From: Minisyncoccia bacterium
Lineage (GTDB): Bacteria; Patescibacteriota; Minisyncoccia; Phycocordibacterales; UBA5272
Direction of reading: 5' to 3'
NCBI GenBank assembly: GCA_038256975.1
Contig: JBBSJU010000002.1
Location: 1,064 to 65,063, forward strand
Length of the DNA stretch: 64,000 nt
Positions 16,782 to 26,917 of the stretch are shown here, piece by piece. The stretch's first letter is position 1, and each line of letters opens with the position of its first letter. The position numbers and the translations under genes are program-made. The notes under the pieces were generated by a model. It saw nothing but the letters and a program-made list of their open reading frames with translations. It made no database searches and had not been told where the DNA came from.

Positions 16782-19700
16782 ATTTTTCGAGCTTCTTCAA
16801 GGATGAGCGATTTCTCATCATTTCTGAGTGATACCTTTGCTTTAATGGAAAGGCATGTGTCCGGCACAAGAATACTTTTGAGTTCTTTGTATGTGCGAGG
16901 GAATACAACCGCCTCTGTGGTACCAGAGAGATCGGCAAGTTTAAGGAAACACATTTTCTCACCTTTTTTAGTATCTATTTCACGAACTTCTTGAATAATG
17001 CAGCCCAGGTCGCGCACCGTTTCCCCATCTTGCCATTCATCGCCTTTTAACTTTGCAAAATTCTCTTTCTTTTTTTCGAAGACATGTTTCCATTTATCGA
17101 GTGGGTGTCCAGAAATGAAGAGTCCAAGGAGTTCCTTTTCCCACTGGAGTTTTTGGTCGTTTGAAATAAGGGGAACTTCTTTGAGTCGAATGTCATGAAA
17201 ATCATCATGCATCACAAAGAGGCTTTCTTGGGAAGCATTGCTTTGCATGTGGTTGCGGTGATACTCAAGAATATTTTCTACATTACCGTAGAGAATGCCA
17301 CGGTCACCAAGGTCATCGAGCGCACCTGACATCACAAGTGCTTCGATAGATTTTTTGTTCACATTTTTATGCGTTACGCGTTGTAAGAAACTTGAAAGAG
17401 AGACGAAGGGTCCATTTGCTTTACGTTCGTTAATGATTCCATTTGCAATATCTTCACCAAAGTTTTTGATTGAGTAGAGTCCAAAACGAATCTCGTCTTT
17501 TCGGGTTTCTTTATTTGGCACTACAGTAAATGATCCCTCACTAAAGTTTACACTCGGAGGCAGTACGTCAATACCAAGCTTTTTACAATCATCAATAGAT
17601 TCAGCAACTTTTTCCGTGTCACCCGCTTCAGCAGAGAGGACACTCGCCATATATTCAGCAGCATAGTTCGCTTTGAGGTATGCTGTGATATATGCTACCC
17701 ATCCGTACGATACGGAGTGAGCTTTATTAAAACCATAAGCGGCGAATGGTTCAATCCAACTCCAAATTTGTTTTGCTTTCGACTCACTCCAGCCAGAATG
17801 AGTTACACAACCTTTGATAAACTTTTCTTTTTGTGCGGCCATTTCCTCAGGAATCTTTTTTCCTACAGCTTTACGGAATTTATCCACCTCACCCCAGGTA
17901 TAGCCAGCGAGTTTGTTTGCCATCATTAAAAGGTCGTCTTGGTATACCAAAATACCGTACGTCTTTTCAAGAATCGGCTCAAGTGCAGGGTCGAGATATG
18001 AAATCTTGCTTCTGTCATGCTTACGAGCAATATATTCAGGGATGAATTGAATAGGTCCGGGGCGGTAAAGAGCCACCATGGCGTTTATATCGTGAATACT
18101 TGTTGGTTTAAGGTCAATCAAGTATTTAGTCATGCCGTCACCGTTTAACTGAAACAGGTCCGCAGTTTCGCCACGCGCGAGCATTTCAAATGTTTTTATA
18201 TCATCAAGAGGAACTTTATCGATATCAATAAGAACGCCGAATCTTTTTTCGATAAGCTCAATTGCATTTTTAATGATTTTTAAGTTTTTAAGTCCAAGGA
18301 AGTCAAATTTAAGAAGCCCCGCTTCTTCGATGGTGTACATGTCGTACTGAGAAATGATTTTTTTCTCACCCTTGGTGTCATATTGCAGCGGTGTGAAGTC
18401 GGTGAGTGCGGATGGAGAAATAACTACGCCTGCGGCATGAACAGAAACGTGTCGAGCACATCCTTCGATCTTTTTTGCAGTATCAATAATTGCTTTTGTA
18501 TCTGGATCTTGATCGTACAACTCTTTAAGTTCTGGTGTTGTTTCGAGCGCGTGCGCGATTGTCATCGGGAAACCTTGTGAGCCCATGGGAATAAGTTTTG
18601 AAATCTTATCACCAACTGCATACTCGTATTTCATGGCACGTGCTACGTCTCGCACGGAGCCACGGGCAGCCATGGTTCCAAATGTTCCTATTTGAGCAAC
18701 TTTATCAGCGCCATATTTTTGTCGTGAGTAGTCAATCATTTCATCTCGTCTGTTGTCGGCAAAGTCCATATCGATATCCGGCGCAGACGGACGCTCTGGG
18801 TTCAAGAAGCGTTCAAAAGGAATTTGGAACTCAATAGGGTCAATGTTGGTAATACCGGAGAGATAAGTGACCATAGATCCTGATACTGATCCACGAATGT
18901 TAGAAAGAATACCGTGAGAGCGAGCATATGCAAGTAAATCGGCAACCACAAGAAAGTAAGGCGAATATCCTTTCTGTTTAATAACAGAAAGTTCATATTC
19001 TACACGCGTAAGCGCACTCTCTGTTTTCTCTACTCCTCGTCTTGCAAATCCCTCAAATACAATACGACGGAGTTCGTCATCAGCGGTTTTTCCTTCAGGG
19101 ATATCTATGTTTGGGAAAACCCATTTTCCAAGTTCAATTTCGAGGTTACACATCTCGGCAACTTTTCGGGTGTTTGCAACTGCTTCTGGAATATCACGGA
19201 AGTAGTTGTTGGCAGTTTTTGTATCAATGAAAGAATAATCATCTTTACCAAATCCATATTTGTTTTCACGACCTTCATTTTGAATACCCACAAGTACTTC
19301 ATGGGCATCGCGGTCATCAGGATTCAGATAGTACACGTTTTGTGTACCAACAAGCGGAACGCCAAGCTCTTTTGCAAGCACTACCAGTCCATCACGAATA
19401 GGCTTTGCGTTGTCATACGCAACTTGTGCAACAATTTCAATAAAATAATTTTCTTTTCCAAAAATATCTTGATGCTCACGAACAACATCCTCGGCTCTTT
19501 TTTTGTCGATGATGACTGTTTTTGAAAGTTCGCCGCCAGGACCACCAGAAAGACAAATAAGTCCTTCACTGTGAGCACGTAAAAGCTCTTTGTCGACACG
19601 GGGTTTATAGTAAAAACCTTCTAAGTTAGAAAGGGTAACGAGCTTAATGAGATTTTTATACCCCACTTCATTTTTAGCAAGGAGGGTGAGTCTATATCGG

Positions 19701-19954
19701 CGAGTGTCTTCTTTACTATCTTTATCAAACCGAGTTCGAGTAGCAACAAATGCATCAAGTCCGATGATTGGCTTTATACCAGAGTCCTTACACTTTTTAT
19801 AAAACTCAATCGTGCTGTACATGTTGCCATTTTCAGTCAGGGCAAGGGCAGGCATCTCGAATTCTTTGGCACGTTCTACAAGCTCGTCTATTTTTGCAAG
19901 ACCTTCAAGAAGGGAATAATGAGAGTGAGTGTGAAGATGAATAAACGGCTCCAT
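16778..19954 (-). CDS. dnaE: DNA polymerase III alpha subunit
   Basis: PHP HLHTHS, FERFLNPER..PDIDMDF, KFDFLGL, YGFNKAH, OB fold. Confidence 0.98.
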   Translation of the reverse strand: MEPFIHLHTHSHYSLLEGLAKIDELVERAKEFEMPALALTENGNMYSTIEFYKKCKDSGIKPIIGLDAFVATRTRFDKDSKEDTRRYRLTLLAKNEVGYKNLIKLVTLSNLEGFYYKPRVDKELLRAHSEGLICLSGGPGGELSKTVIIDKKRAEDVVREHQDIFGKENYFIEIVAQVAYDNAKPIRDGLVVLAKELGVPLVGTQNVYYLNPDDRDAHEVLVGIQNEGRENKYGFGKDDYSFIDTKTANNYFRDIPEAVANTRKVAEMCNLEIELGKWVFPNIDIPEGKTADDELRRIVFEGFARRGVEKTESALTRVEYELSVIKQKGYSPYFLVVADLLAYARSHGILSNIRGSVSGSMVTYLSGITNIDPIEFQIPFERFLNPERPSAPDIDMDFADNRRDEMIDYSRQKYGADKVAQIGTFGTMAARGSVRDVARAMKYEYAVGDKISKLIPMGSQGFPMTIAHALETTPELKELYDQDPDTKAIIDTAKKIEGCARHVSVHAAGVVISPSALTDFTPLQYDTKGEKKIISQYDMYTIEEAGLLKFDFLGLKNLKIIKNAIELIEKRFGVLIDIDKVPLDDIKTFEMLARGETADLFQLNGDGMTKYLIDLKPTSIHDINAMVALYRPGPIQFIPEYIARKHDRSKISYLDPALEPILEKTYGILVYQDDLLMMANKLAGYTWGEVDKFRKAVGKKIPEEMAAQKEKFIKGCVTHSGWSESKAKQIWSWIEPFAAYGFNKAHSVSYGWVAYITAYLKANYAAEYMASVLSAEAGDTEKVAESIDDCKKLGIDVLPPSVNFSEGSFTVVPNKETRKDEIRFGLYSIKNFGEDIANGIINERKANGPFVSLSSFLQRVTHKNVNKKSIEALVMSGALDDLGDRGILYGNVENILEYHRNHMQSNASQESLFVMHDDFHDIRLKEVPLISNDQKLQWEKELLGLFISGHPLDKWKHVFEKKKENFAKLKGDEWQDGETVRDLGCIIQEVREIDTKKGEKMCFLKLADLSGTTEAVVFPRTYKELKSILVPDTCLSIKAKVSLRNDEKSLILEEARKI

Positions 19955-19984
19955 TTCTCCCAGTATACCTGGTAGAGTGTAAGA

Positions 19985-20605
19985 GTGAAAAATAGTCGTA
20001 AAAAAAGCTTATACACCCTTGGAATTGATGAGGTGGGGCGTGGTCCACTTGCGGGCCCTGTGTCTGTTGGAGTGGTTCGCACAGCTCTTCCGCGTAAACA
20101 ATACTCCAAGTTACTTTCAGGTATTCGTGATTCGAAAAAGGCAACTCAAGCTGAAAGAGAGAAGTGGTATGAAAAGGCAGTGATCTGGAAAAAAGAAAAA
20201 AAGATTGATTGGGAGGTGACTTTTAAAAGTGCACACTACATAGATACAAAAGGAATTGTTCCAAGTATTCGTGTCTGTATGTATGAAGGAATAAAAAAAG
20301 TCAAAGGAGTTTATAGTGAGCAGTACCTTTTAGACGGCGGACTTAAACTCAAACCTGAATACAGGATGCAAAAAACTATTATTAAGGGTGACAGTAAAGA
20401 GCCGCTTATTGCGCTTGCTGCGACTATTGCGAAAGTTGTGCGAGATAGATATATGATACGTTTGGCAAAAAAATATCCGAAGTATGGTTTTGAAGTGCAT
20501 AAAGGGTATGGAACTAAAAAGCACAGGGAGGCAATATATAGGTTTGGAATTTCTCAAGTACACAGAAAGTCTTTTTGCAAAAACATACAGAAGCAGGTAG
20601 ATTAA
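19985..20605 (+). CDS. rnhB: Ribonuclease HII
   Basis: GIDEVGRGPLAGP, DSKK, IIKGD, AKVVRD, HKGYGT. Confidence 0.96.
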   Translation: MKNSRKKSLYTLGIDEVGRGPLAGPVSVGVVRTALPRKQYSKLLSGIRDSKKATQAEREKWYEKAVIWKKEKKIDWEVTFKSAHYIDTKGIVPSIRVCMYEGIKKVKGVYSEQYLLDGGLKLKPEYRMQKTIIKGDSKEPLIALAATIAKVVRDRYMIRLAKKYPKYGFEVHKGYGTKKHREAIYRFGISQVHRKSFCKNIQKQVD

Positions 20606-20630
20606 AGGTACTTTCTTGAAGGGGTTGGAA

Positions 20631-20948
20631 ATGAATGGTAAGGATTATAAATTGGAGTCTGCTCAAACAAGAGAGCTCCTGTTGCAATTGTTTCGTGAGT
20701 CACAGAGTTTCTCTTGCACCAAAAAAGAGGCTCGGTGGCTTAGAGAAGTTCTTTTGGATTCAATAATTTGGCTGCAAGGGTTTACAGGGCTGACTGTCTG
20801 CGAACCTGAATTGATCAAAGTTCTAGTGAAAAGTGTTAGAAATAAATACAAAGAGCAGGACAAGTGTCACGACGTCTTACGGCATTATATTCATCGCCTC
20901 GAGGTGATCATTCAGATGAACAATGAGGCTTCGAAGGCAAAAAGATAA
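20631..20948 (+). CDS. Hypothetical helical protein
   Basis: ORF with SD-like gaagggg and a downstream hairpin + U tract. Confidence 0.55.
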   Translation: MNGKDYKLESAQTRELLLQLFRESQSFSCTKKEARWLREVLLDSIIWLQGFTGLTVCEPELIKVLVKSVRNKYKEQDKCHDVLRHYIHRLEVIIQMNNEASKAKR

Positions 20949-21014
20949 GCTCCCGATGCGACAAGCAAGGGAGCCCTTTTTTATTTTGGTATTCTGTTGT
21001 ATACTGTTTCCCAT

Positions 21015-21236
21015 ATGGTAGTACGAATGCGACATACGCGGGGACACACACGAAATCGTCGAAGTCATCACGCGCTTACAAATATTCCTGTAGTGAAAAC
21101 AAAAGGAGATGGTATCCGATTGAACCACACTGCGTCAAAGGAAACAGGAACCTACAAGGGTAAACCTGTAAAAGCGCTTCAGAGAAAACTCGACAAGAAG
21201 ATCGCGAAAAAAGCTCCTGCAAAGAAGCGGAAGTAA
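21015..21236 (+). CDS. rpmF: 50S ribosomal protein L32 (Cys-less form)
   Basis: MVVRMRHTRGHTRNRRSHHAL..H..G.YKG; upstream of nusB-rnc. Confidence 0.88.
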   Translation: MVVRMRHTRGHTRNRRSHHALTNIPVVKTKGDGIRLNHTASKETGTYKGKPVKALQRKLDKKIAKKAPAKKRK

Positions 21237-21242
21237 GTCACA

Positions 21243-21271
21243 CAAAACGCTCATGTATTTGAGCGTTTTGC
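21243..21271 (+). terminator. Hairpin/terminator after rpmF
   Basis: caaaacgctca-tgtatt-tgagcgttttg. Confidence 0.7.
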
Positions 21272-21295
21272 ATTAAAAAAATAATTTGTTCTTTT

Positions 21296-22222
21296 ATGTC
21301 TAATCGTCACATTGCACGCTCGGTTGTAGTCCAAACCCTCTTTGAAGGGGATATGCACGGATGGATATTGTCTCCGGCTGAGCACAAAGAAGATTTCGAG
21401 CGCTCGCTTGAAAGAAATACTGTAGAGTTTGCGCTCGGAGCAAAACTTAAAGATTTTTCGTCTGACTTACTTACGCTTACGCTCGCAAAACGAGGAACGC
21501 TTGATGAGATAATTACCAAAGCTGCTCCTGAGTGGCCACTTGAAAAAATCGCAAATGTAGATCGTAACGTCCTTCGCCTTGGGCTTGCGGAGCTTTTGTA
21601 TGGTGACAGAACACAGGTGCCGCCAAAAGTTGCTATTGATGAAGCGATCGAGCTTGCTAAGAATTTTGGAGGAGATACCAGTGGAAAATTTGTAAACGGA
21701 GTGCTTGGGGCAATTTACAAAGAAATGGGTGAGCCGGGGAAGCACGAACAAAGAAAAGATAAAGAAGTTGTTCATAAAAAAGAAGAAGATATTTCCTTGC
21801 TTCCAGTGGAACGTTTGGGTGGAGCAGTCGTGTATGCAAAAAATGCCGACGGTGCCATTTATTTTGCTCTTGTGCACGACATATTTGGGAAGTGGACTCT
21901 TTCCAAAGGTCATTTAGACAATACACTTGATGTTGTTGACGCAACGATTACTCGGGTACGCGAAGAGCTGGGACTTCCCATCGTGATTGAAGAGAAAATT
22001 GGTGAAAATGAGTATGTGGCTGTTAATCTAGAAAAGAAACGAGTACGAAAGCAAGTTACATACTACATTGCTCAAGCCCCATTTCAAGAAATTCAGTTTA
22101 CAAGCGAAGGAGGGCTTGATGATGCGAAGTGGTTTCCTGTCCAAGAAATCAGTGAACTTCCTTTGTATTCTGACCTTGTGCCGATACTTTCTAAAGCGGT
22201 ACAAGTTATCCTTAAAAAATAG
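21296..22222 (+). CDS. nusB: NusB fused to a C-terminal NUDIX-like domain
   Basis: [40 protein letters not shown]; C-term WTLSKGH..REELG. Confidence 0.93.
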   Translation: MSNRHIARSVVVQTLFEGDMHGWILSPAEHKEDFERSLERNTVEFALGAKLKDFSSDLLTLTLAKRGTLDEIITKAAPEWPLEKIANVDRNVLRLGLAELLYGDRTQVPPKVAIDEAIELAKNFGGDTSGKFVNGVLGAIYKEMGEPGKHEQRKDKEVVHKKEEDISLLPVERLGGAVVYAKNADGAIYFALVHDIFGKWTLSKGHLDNTLDVVDATITRVREELGLPIVIEEKIGENEYVAVNLEKKRVRKQVTYYIAQAPFQEIQFTSEGGLDDAKWFPVQEISELPLYSDLVPILSKAVQVILKK

Positions 22223-22271
22223 TTTACTATTTGCATAAATAGTCATTCTAGGGTACGAATAGAGCATATTT

Positions 22272-22970
22272 ATGATAGATCTCAGTCAATTTGAGAAAAA
22301 AGTAAACGTAACATTTAAAGATAAAAACTTGCTTAAGCAGGCGTTTATTCATCGTTCGTATATTAATGAAAATCCACGCACGGGATTTTCACACAACGAA
22401 CGTCTGGAATTTTTAGGTGACGCAGTCCTTGAGCTTATTGTGACAGACTTTCTTTTTAGAAAATATCCTAATAAACAAGAAGGAGATCTTACTTCGTACC
22501 GTGCCGCCCTTGTGAATGCTCAAATTATGGGGAGTATTGCGATGAATGATCTTGGAATGAATGAGTTTATGATGCTTTCGAAAGGGGAGGCAAAAGATGT
22601 TGGACGAGCACGTTTTTCTATTTTAGCCGACGCATACGAGGCTTTTTTAGGAGCACTCTATCTCGATCAAGGTTATGCTGCTTGTGATACGTTTGTCCAA
22701 AACACCATTTTAATTAAAACAGAAGAGGTAATGAAGAAGGGTTTGTGGAAGGATCCGAAAAGTTTAGTGCAAGAAAAAGCTCAAGAACATCTTGGAGTTA
22801 CACCACTGTATAAAGTGCAGCAAGAGCTTGGTCCAGATCACGATAAACGTTTCGTTGTGGCAGTATATTTTGGAGCAGAACTCATTGCCGAAGGTGAGGG
22901 GAAGTCCAAACAAGAAGCGGAGCAGCAAGCAGCAGAAGGTGCGCTCAAGGCGAAAAATTGGGTTAAATAG
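22272..22970 (+). CDS. rnc: Ribonuclease III
   Basis: HNERLEFLGDAVL, dsRBD GPDHDKRF..GKSKQEAEQ. Confidence 0.98.
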   Translation: MIDLSQFEKKVNVTFKDKNLLKQAFIHRSYINENPRTGFSHNERLEFLGDAVLELIVTDFLFRKYPNKQEGDLTSYRAALVNAQIMGSIAMNDLGMNEFMMLSKGEAKDVGRARFSILADAYEAFLGALYLDQGYAACDTFVQNTILIKTEEVMKKGLWKDPKSLVQEKAQEHLGVTPLYKVQQELGPDHDKRFVVAVYFGAELIAEGEGKSKQEAEQQAAEGALKAKNWVK

Positions 22971-23007
22971 GTTTGATAAATGGCCTTTTTGTGATATGCT
23001 CGCATGT

Positions 23008-23081
23008 AGCGGGATAGAGCAGAGGTAGCTCGTCAGGCTCATAACCTGAAGGCGTCCGTTCGATTCGGACTCCCGCTACCA
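23008..23081 (+). tRNA. tRNA-Met(CAT), initiator-like
   Basis: AGCGGGA..GAGCAG..GGTAGCTCGTCAGGCTCATAACCTGA..TCCCGCTACCA; fMet-type D arm. Confidence 0.92.
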
Positions 23082-23122
23082 AGTCACCCATATAAGTGAA
23101 TTCCCGATATGAAGTGACACAT

Positions 23123-23199
23123 GTCGATATAGCTCAGGTGGTTAGAGCGGAGGACTCATAAGCCTCAGGTCGGTGGTTCGAATCCACCTATCGACACCA
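23123..23199 (+). tRNA. tRNA with CAT anticodon (elongator Met or Ile2)
   Basis: GTCGATA/TATCGAC acceptor, CTCATAA loop, GGTTCGAATCC, CCA. Confidence 0.92.
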
Positions 23200-23266
23200 T
23201 AACGTACAGTTTTTTAAACCAAAATTGTATGTTATAAATGACGTACCCCACGCAGAAGATGGTTAT

Positions 23267-23340
23267 GCAGTCGTAGCTCAACTGGTTAGAGCGCTGCCCT
23301 GTCACGGCAGAGGTTGAGGGTTCAAGTCCCTTCGACTGCG
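23267..23340 (+). tRNA. tRNA-Asp(GTC)
   Basis: GCAGTCG/CGACTGC acceptor, CTGCC-CTGTCAC-GGCAG, G73; CCA not encoded. Confidence 0.95.
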
Positions 23341-23343
23341 CAT

Positions 23344-23384
23344 AAACAAAAAATACTCAATCTAAGATTGAGTATTTTTTGTTT
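23344..23384. terminator. Terminator after tRNA cluster
   Basis: aaacaaaaaatactcaatct-a-agattgagtattttttgttt. Confidence 0.85.
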
Positions 23385-23497
23385 ACTTGTGACCAAACCT
23401 TTTTTGTTTGTATGTAAAAAATTGACAATATAGAAATGTGTTGCTAGCATCCAGTTATGTGGAGCGCAGTGCTTCGCAAAACCCTGAGGAGGGTCTC

Positions 23498-23836
23498 ATG
23501 TCGGACGCAACGATTGATGCAAAGATTCAACAACTCAAGGCGATTGACAGTCAGGTGATAGGGCTGGCAGCTCAAAGGAGACAGCTTGTTGTCGAGCTGG
23601 AGCAAGCTCGAAACACAATCAGTGAGCTACTCGGACAAGAAGAAAAAGGTGAATCCATCGATGTGCTTGAGTTAACGGCACGCGTAGCCAACTCTTTGAA
23701 GGCTAATGGAATTTACTATTTAACAGATTTGTGTAGCTATTCTGAGCAAGAATTGCTCCGCATGCCATATCTGGGTAAAATTTCCTGCCTGCAAATAAAG
23801 GAAGCCTTGGCTACTCGAGGGCTTTCACTCAAATAA
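23498..23836 (+). CDS. Coiled-coil + stand-alone RNA polymerase alpha C-terminal domain protein
   Basis: SIDVLELTARVANSLKANGIYYLTDL..SEQELLRMPYLGKISCLQIKEALATRGLSL matches alpha-CTD; TTGACA promoter, SD gaggagg. Confidence 0.85.
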   Translation: MSDATIDAKIQQLKAIDSQVIGLAAQRRQLVVELEQARNTISELLGQEEKGESIDVLELTARVANSLKANGIYYLTDLCSYSEQELLRMPYLGKISCLQIKEALATRGLSLK

Positions 23837-23861
23837 ATATACTGCTCATTGGTTTAATTCG

Positions 23862-23897
23862 AAAAGCTGCTCGGTGAAAACCAGCAGCTTTTTTGTT
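23862..23897 (+). terminator. Intrinsic terminator
   Basis: aaaagctgct-cggtgaaaacc-agcagctttttt. Confidence 0.8.
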
Positions 23898-23997
23898 TAC
23901 TAGGAGAGAACAATCGTATTGATGGTAGACAAAATCAGGTGTACCATTTTGGATAGAGGTTAGGAAAATGTTCTTAACCAAGGCCTGGGAGGGTCTC

Positions 23998-24510
23998 ATG
24001 AAATCGCTCATTTTTTTGTGGCTAGCCATGTTCAGTGTTGCTACTCTCGCGGCAGACGTTGATATTCAAAAGCCGATGACGACTCTTGAACAAAAAACTG
24101 TTGCAAAACAGATGAATTTCCCTGACTCAAATCAAGCGAAAGTCGAAGTGTTCCAACTTGGGCACACATCGTCTACTTTGGAACTTATGTTTTCAGGTGG
24201 CCTTCGGCTTGAAATTGAGGATATCGAACCAGCGACGACTCTTGATGAAGTCGCGCAACACAGAGAGTTAGATCGAGTGCGGTTGTATGGGGTCACCTGG
24301 CAACCTGCAAGTCATCTGATTGGTATCGGTATTGAGACGGAGGTTATCAATCAAGGTGACCGCAAACTTTTGAAGACCAGACCATCTCTACGTCTCTCAA
24401 AAAGATTTGAGCGTGATGGTTGGCAAGGATCCTTTTTCTTCAAGCCTCTCTGGGATCATGAGGAGAGTAATCCTTTGGGTTTCAAGGCAGGTATCAGGAT
24501 TGATTTCTGA
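23998..24510 (+). CDS. Secreted beta-rich protein, outer-membrane-barrel-like, ending in Phe
   Basis: Signal peptide MKSLIFLWLAMFSVATLA; alternating beta strands; C-terminus GFKAGIRIDF. Confidence 0.65.
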   Translation: MKSLIFLWLAMFSVATLAADVDIQKPMTTLEQKTVAKQMNFPDSNQAKVEVFQLGHTSSTLELMFSGGLRLEIEDIEPATTLDEVAQHRELDRVRLYGVTWQPASHLIGIGIETEVINQGDRKLLKTRPSLRLSKRFERDGWQGSFFFKPLWDHEESNPLGFKAGIRIDF

Positions 24511-24567
24511 ATTCTTCCCATGGGGCCCTCTTCATACGTGTCGCGGTTCGTTGAAAGACGGCCGCGA

Positions 24568-25944
24568 TTATTTTTTTGATATCTCGTATCGGTCGCCAGT
24601 GTCTTTGATAGTAAATCCTCCTAATTCAATTTCTCCCCGTAAACGGTCTGATTCGGCCCAATCTTTATTTACTCGAGCAAGAAGGCGAGTTTCAGCGAGT
24701 GCGATAATTTCTTCAGGAATAACGTCTTTTTTCTGCAGCGAAAAATTAAGCCCAAGAATTTTGTCTAATTCGTCGAGAGTTGCTTTCTTGTTTTCGTTAG
24801 TATCTCCAGATTTTACGTATTCCCAAACATGGGCAATAACTTGAGCGGTGTTTAAGTCATCATTTATAGATTCCTTACTTTTTTCAATTACCGCAGAGTT
24901 TATTTCACCAGAGATATCACCAAATGAAAGATATGCGTCATATAAGCGGTTAAGAGCTGTCTGTGCTGCTTCTAGGGCTTCAAAAGAGAAGTCAGTCATG
25001 CTTCGGTAGTGTGACGTAAGAAGCCAGTAGCGGTAGGCAAGCGGAGAAATACCTCGGTCAATGAGTGTTTGAAGACGAATAAAATTATCTCCAGATTTTG
25101 CCATCTTTCCGTCTTTGATATTTAAAAAACCTCCATGCATCCAATAGTGTACGTACTCATGTCCTGAAGCGCATTCTGATTGGGCAATTTCATTTGTATG
25201 GTGTACGGGAATATGGTCGATACCTCCTGTATGAATATCAAACGGCGTGCCAAGAAGCTTCTCACTCATTGCAGAGCACTCAATATGCCAGCCGGGGAAT
25301 CCGATACCCCACGGAGATTCCCATTCCATGTCGCGTTTTTCGTTTGTGGGAGAAAATTTCCACAGCGCAAAGTCTGTCGCGTTTTTTTTCTCGTCATTTA
25401 CTTCCACTCGAGCACCCTCTTCCATTCCTTTCACATCAAGTTTTGCGAAATCTGCATAATGTTCAAACTTGCTCGTATTAAAATAAATACCGTCAGATGT
25501 TTTGTAGGTGTATCCTTTTTGTTCGAGAGTCTGTACTAATACTATCTGTTCCTGAATGTATTCTGTTGCACGAGGAAAATGTGTGCCTTGGGTGTTTATG
25601 TTTAGTAAAGAAAGGTCTTCTTTAAATGCCGCTTCATAAAACTTAGCAATATCCCAGGCTGTTTTACCTTCACGCTTCGCGCCTTTTTGCATTTTATCCT
25701 CGCCATCATCGGCGTCACTCACAAGATGCCCAACATCAGTGATGTTTATCACTTGCTTAACTGTGTAGCTGTTCCATTCAAATGTTCGGCGAAGCGTATC
25801 TGCAAAAACGTATGCTCGCAAGTTTCCGATGTGTGCGAAATTGTACACGGTAGGTCCACAATGATACATACGTACCTCACCACTATGAATGGGGGAAAAG
25901 GTTTCTTTTGTGCGAGTTTTTGTATTATACAAACAGATATTCAT
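24568..25944 (-). CDS. cysS: Cysteinyl-tRNA synthetase
   Basis: CGPTVY..HIGN, GFPGWHIECSAM, KMAKS. Confidence 0.98.
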   Translation of the reverse strand: MNICLYNTKTRTKETFSPIHSGEVRMYHCGPTVYNFAHIGNLRAYVFADTLRRTFEWNSYTVKQVINITDVGHLVSDADDGEDKMQKGAKREGKTAWDIAKFYEAAFKEDLSLLNINTQGTHFPRATEYIQEQIVLVQTLEQKGYTYKTSDGIYFNTSKFEHYADFAKLDVKGMEEGARVEVNDEKKNATDFALWKFSPTNEKRDMEWESPWGIGFPGWHIECSAMSEKLLGTPFDIHTGGIDHIPVHHTNEIAQSECASGHEYVHYWMHGGFLNIKDGKMAKSGDNFIRLQTLIDRGISPLAYRYWLLTSHYRSMTDFSFEALEAAQTALNRLYDAYLSFGDISGEINSAVIEKSKESINDDLNTAQVIAHVWEYVKSGDTNENKKATLDELDKILGLNFSLQKKDVIPEEIIALAETRLLARVNKDWAESDRLRGEIELGGFTIKDTGDRYEISKK

Positions 25945-25955
25945 ACGGATAGCTT

Positions 25956-26810
25956 TTATAGCCACTTCTTTCTTTTAAATCCAATATAAATCATAAAGCT
26001 TACAAAAAAGATAATTGCAAACATGGTAATTTGGTCAACTACAATTTGTGCAACAAATATTTGGGGAATAACAGCAAGAGGAAGTGCTATAAAACTAAGA
26101 AGCGTAAGAACTTTCATGACCTCATTTGTTCGGTACGCAATAAGGGAGTCGTTGGTAGCCTGTAAGCTATGGATAATTTCTTGGTAATGTTCCAGAGCGT
26201 TCCATATTTTTTGGTACTCATTGTTTATGTGTTTCGCATCTGTTCGGAAGAGAACGTTTTCATCGAGTTGATTCCAGATATCTTTGTGAAAACGAAGTGC
26301 GCGTTTGAAGTCTAAGAGTTGGTGATTGATATCAGAGATCTTCTCGACAGTCTTTTTGTGTCGCTCACCAAATATCTTTTGTTCGGTATGTTGGATGATG
26401 CCATCTATATCTTCAAGTTGTTTGCCTATGTTTCTGTACTGACGATACACAACATCAAAGAATAAATCTCGGGCTGTTTTAATTTGTTTAGTGTCTACTG
26501 CATCAGTAGCAACATCGTTTACTGAGCCAATTTTTTCGTAATGAACGGTAATAAGAAATGTTGTACCAATAATGAAGTCTATTTCTTTTTTCTTGCCACC
26601 GTGGACTACACCTTCATAGGTTGGAAATTGAAGGACGACATAGGTGTGGGTATTAAAAAAACGAACCTTAGAGCGTTCGATATATTGCGCGAGTTCATCA
26701 CGAATTGAAGTGTCGAATTTAAATTCACGGTGCAACTCCTCGACTTCTTCCAGACTTGGACTCTGTACGTCAATCCAGGTAAATACTTTTGTTTCAAAGC
26801 GTGTAATCAC
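25956..26810 (-). CDS. CorA-family Mg2+ transporter-like protein
   Basis: WIDV..P, FLITVH, TNEVMKVLT, two C-terminal TMs, KRKKWL; GMN motif not evident. Confidence 0.8.
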   Translation of the reverse strand: MITRFETKVFTWIDVQSPSLEEVEELHREFKFDTSIRDELAQYIERSKVRFFNTHTYVVLQFPTYEGVVHGGKKKEIDFIIGTTFLITVHYEKIGSVNDVATDAVDTKQIKTARDLFFDVVYRQYRNIGKQLEDIDGIIQHTEQKIFGERHKKTVEKISDINHQLLDFKRALRFHKDIWNQLDENVLFRTDAKHINNEYQKIWNALEHYQEIIHSLQATNDSLIAYRTNEVMKVLTLLSFIALPLAVIPQIFVAQIVVDQITMFAIIFFVSFMIYIGFKRKKWL

Positions 26811-26917
26811 AAAGCTAATTCTAGCAAGTTTAGTTAATAAAGTATCATTGACATACTGTGTTCTTATGTTATACTGATGTTAAGCAGGTCATTCCGACCT
26901 GAACCGTGAGGTGTCTC

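Noticed and set aside
7543-19954. Inteins or introns in nrdD or dnaE
   Set aside because: Lengths and motif spacing are normal; no insertion visible.
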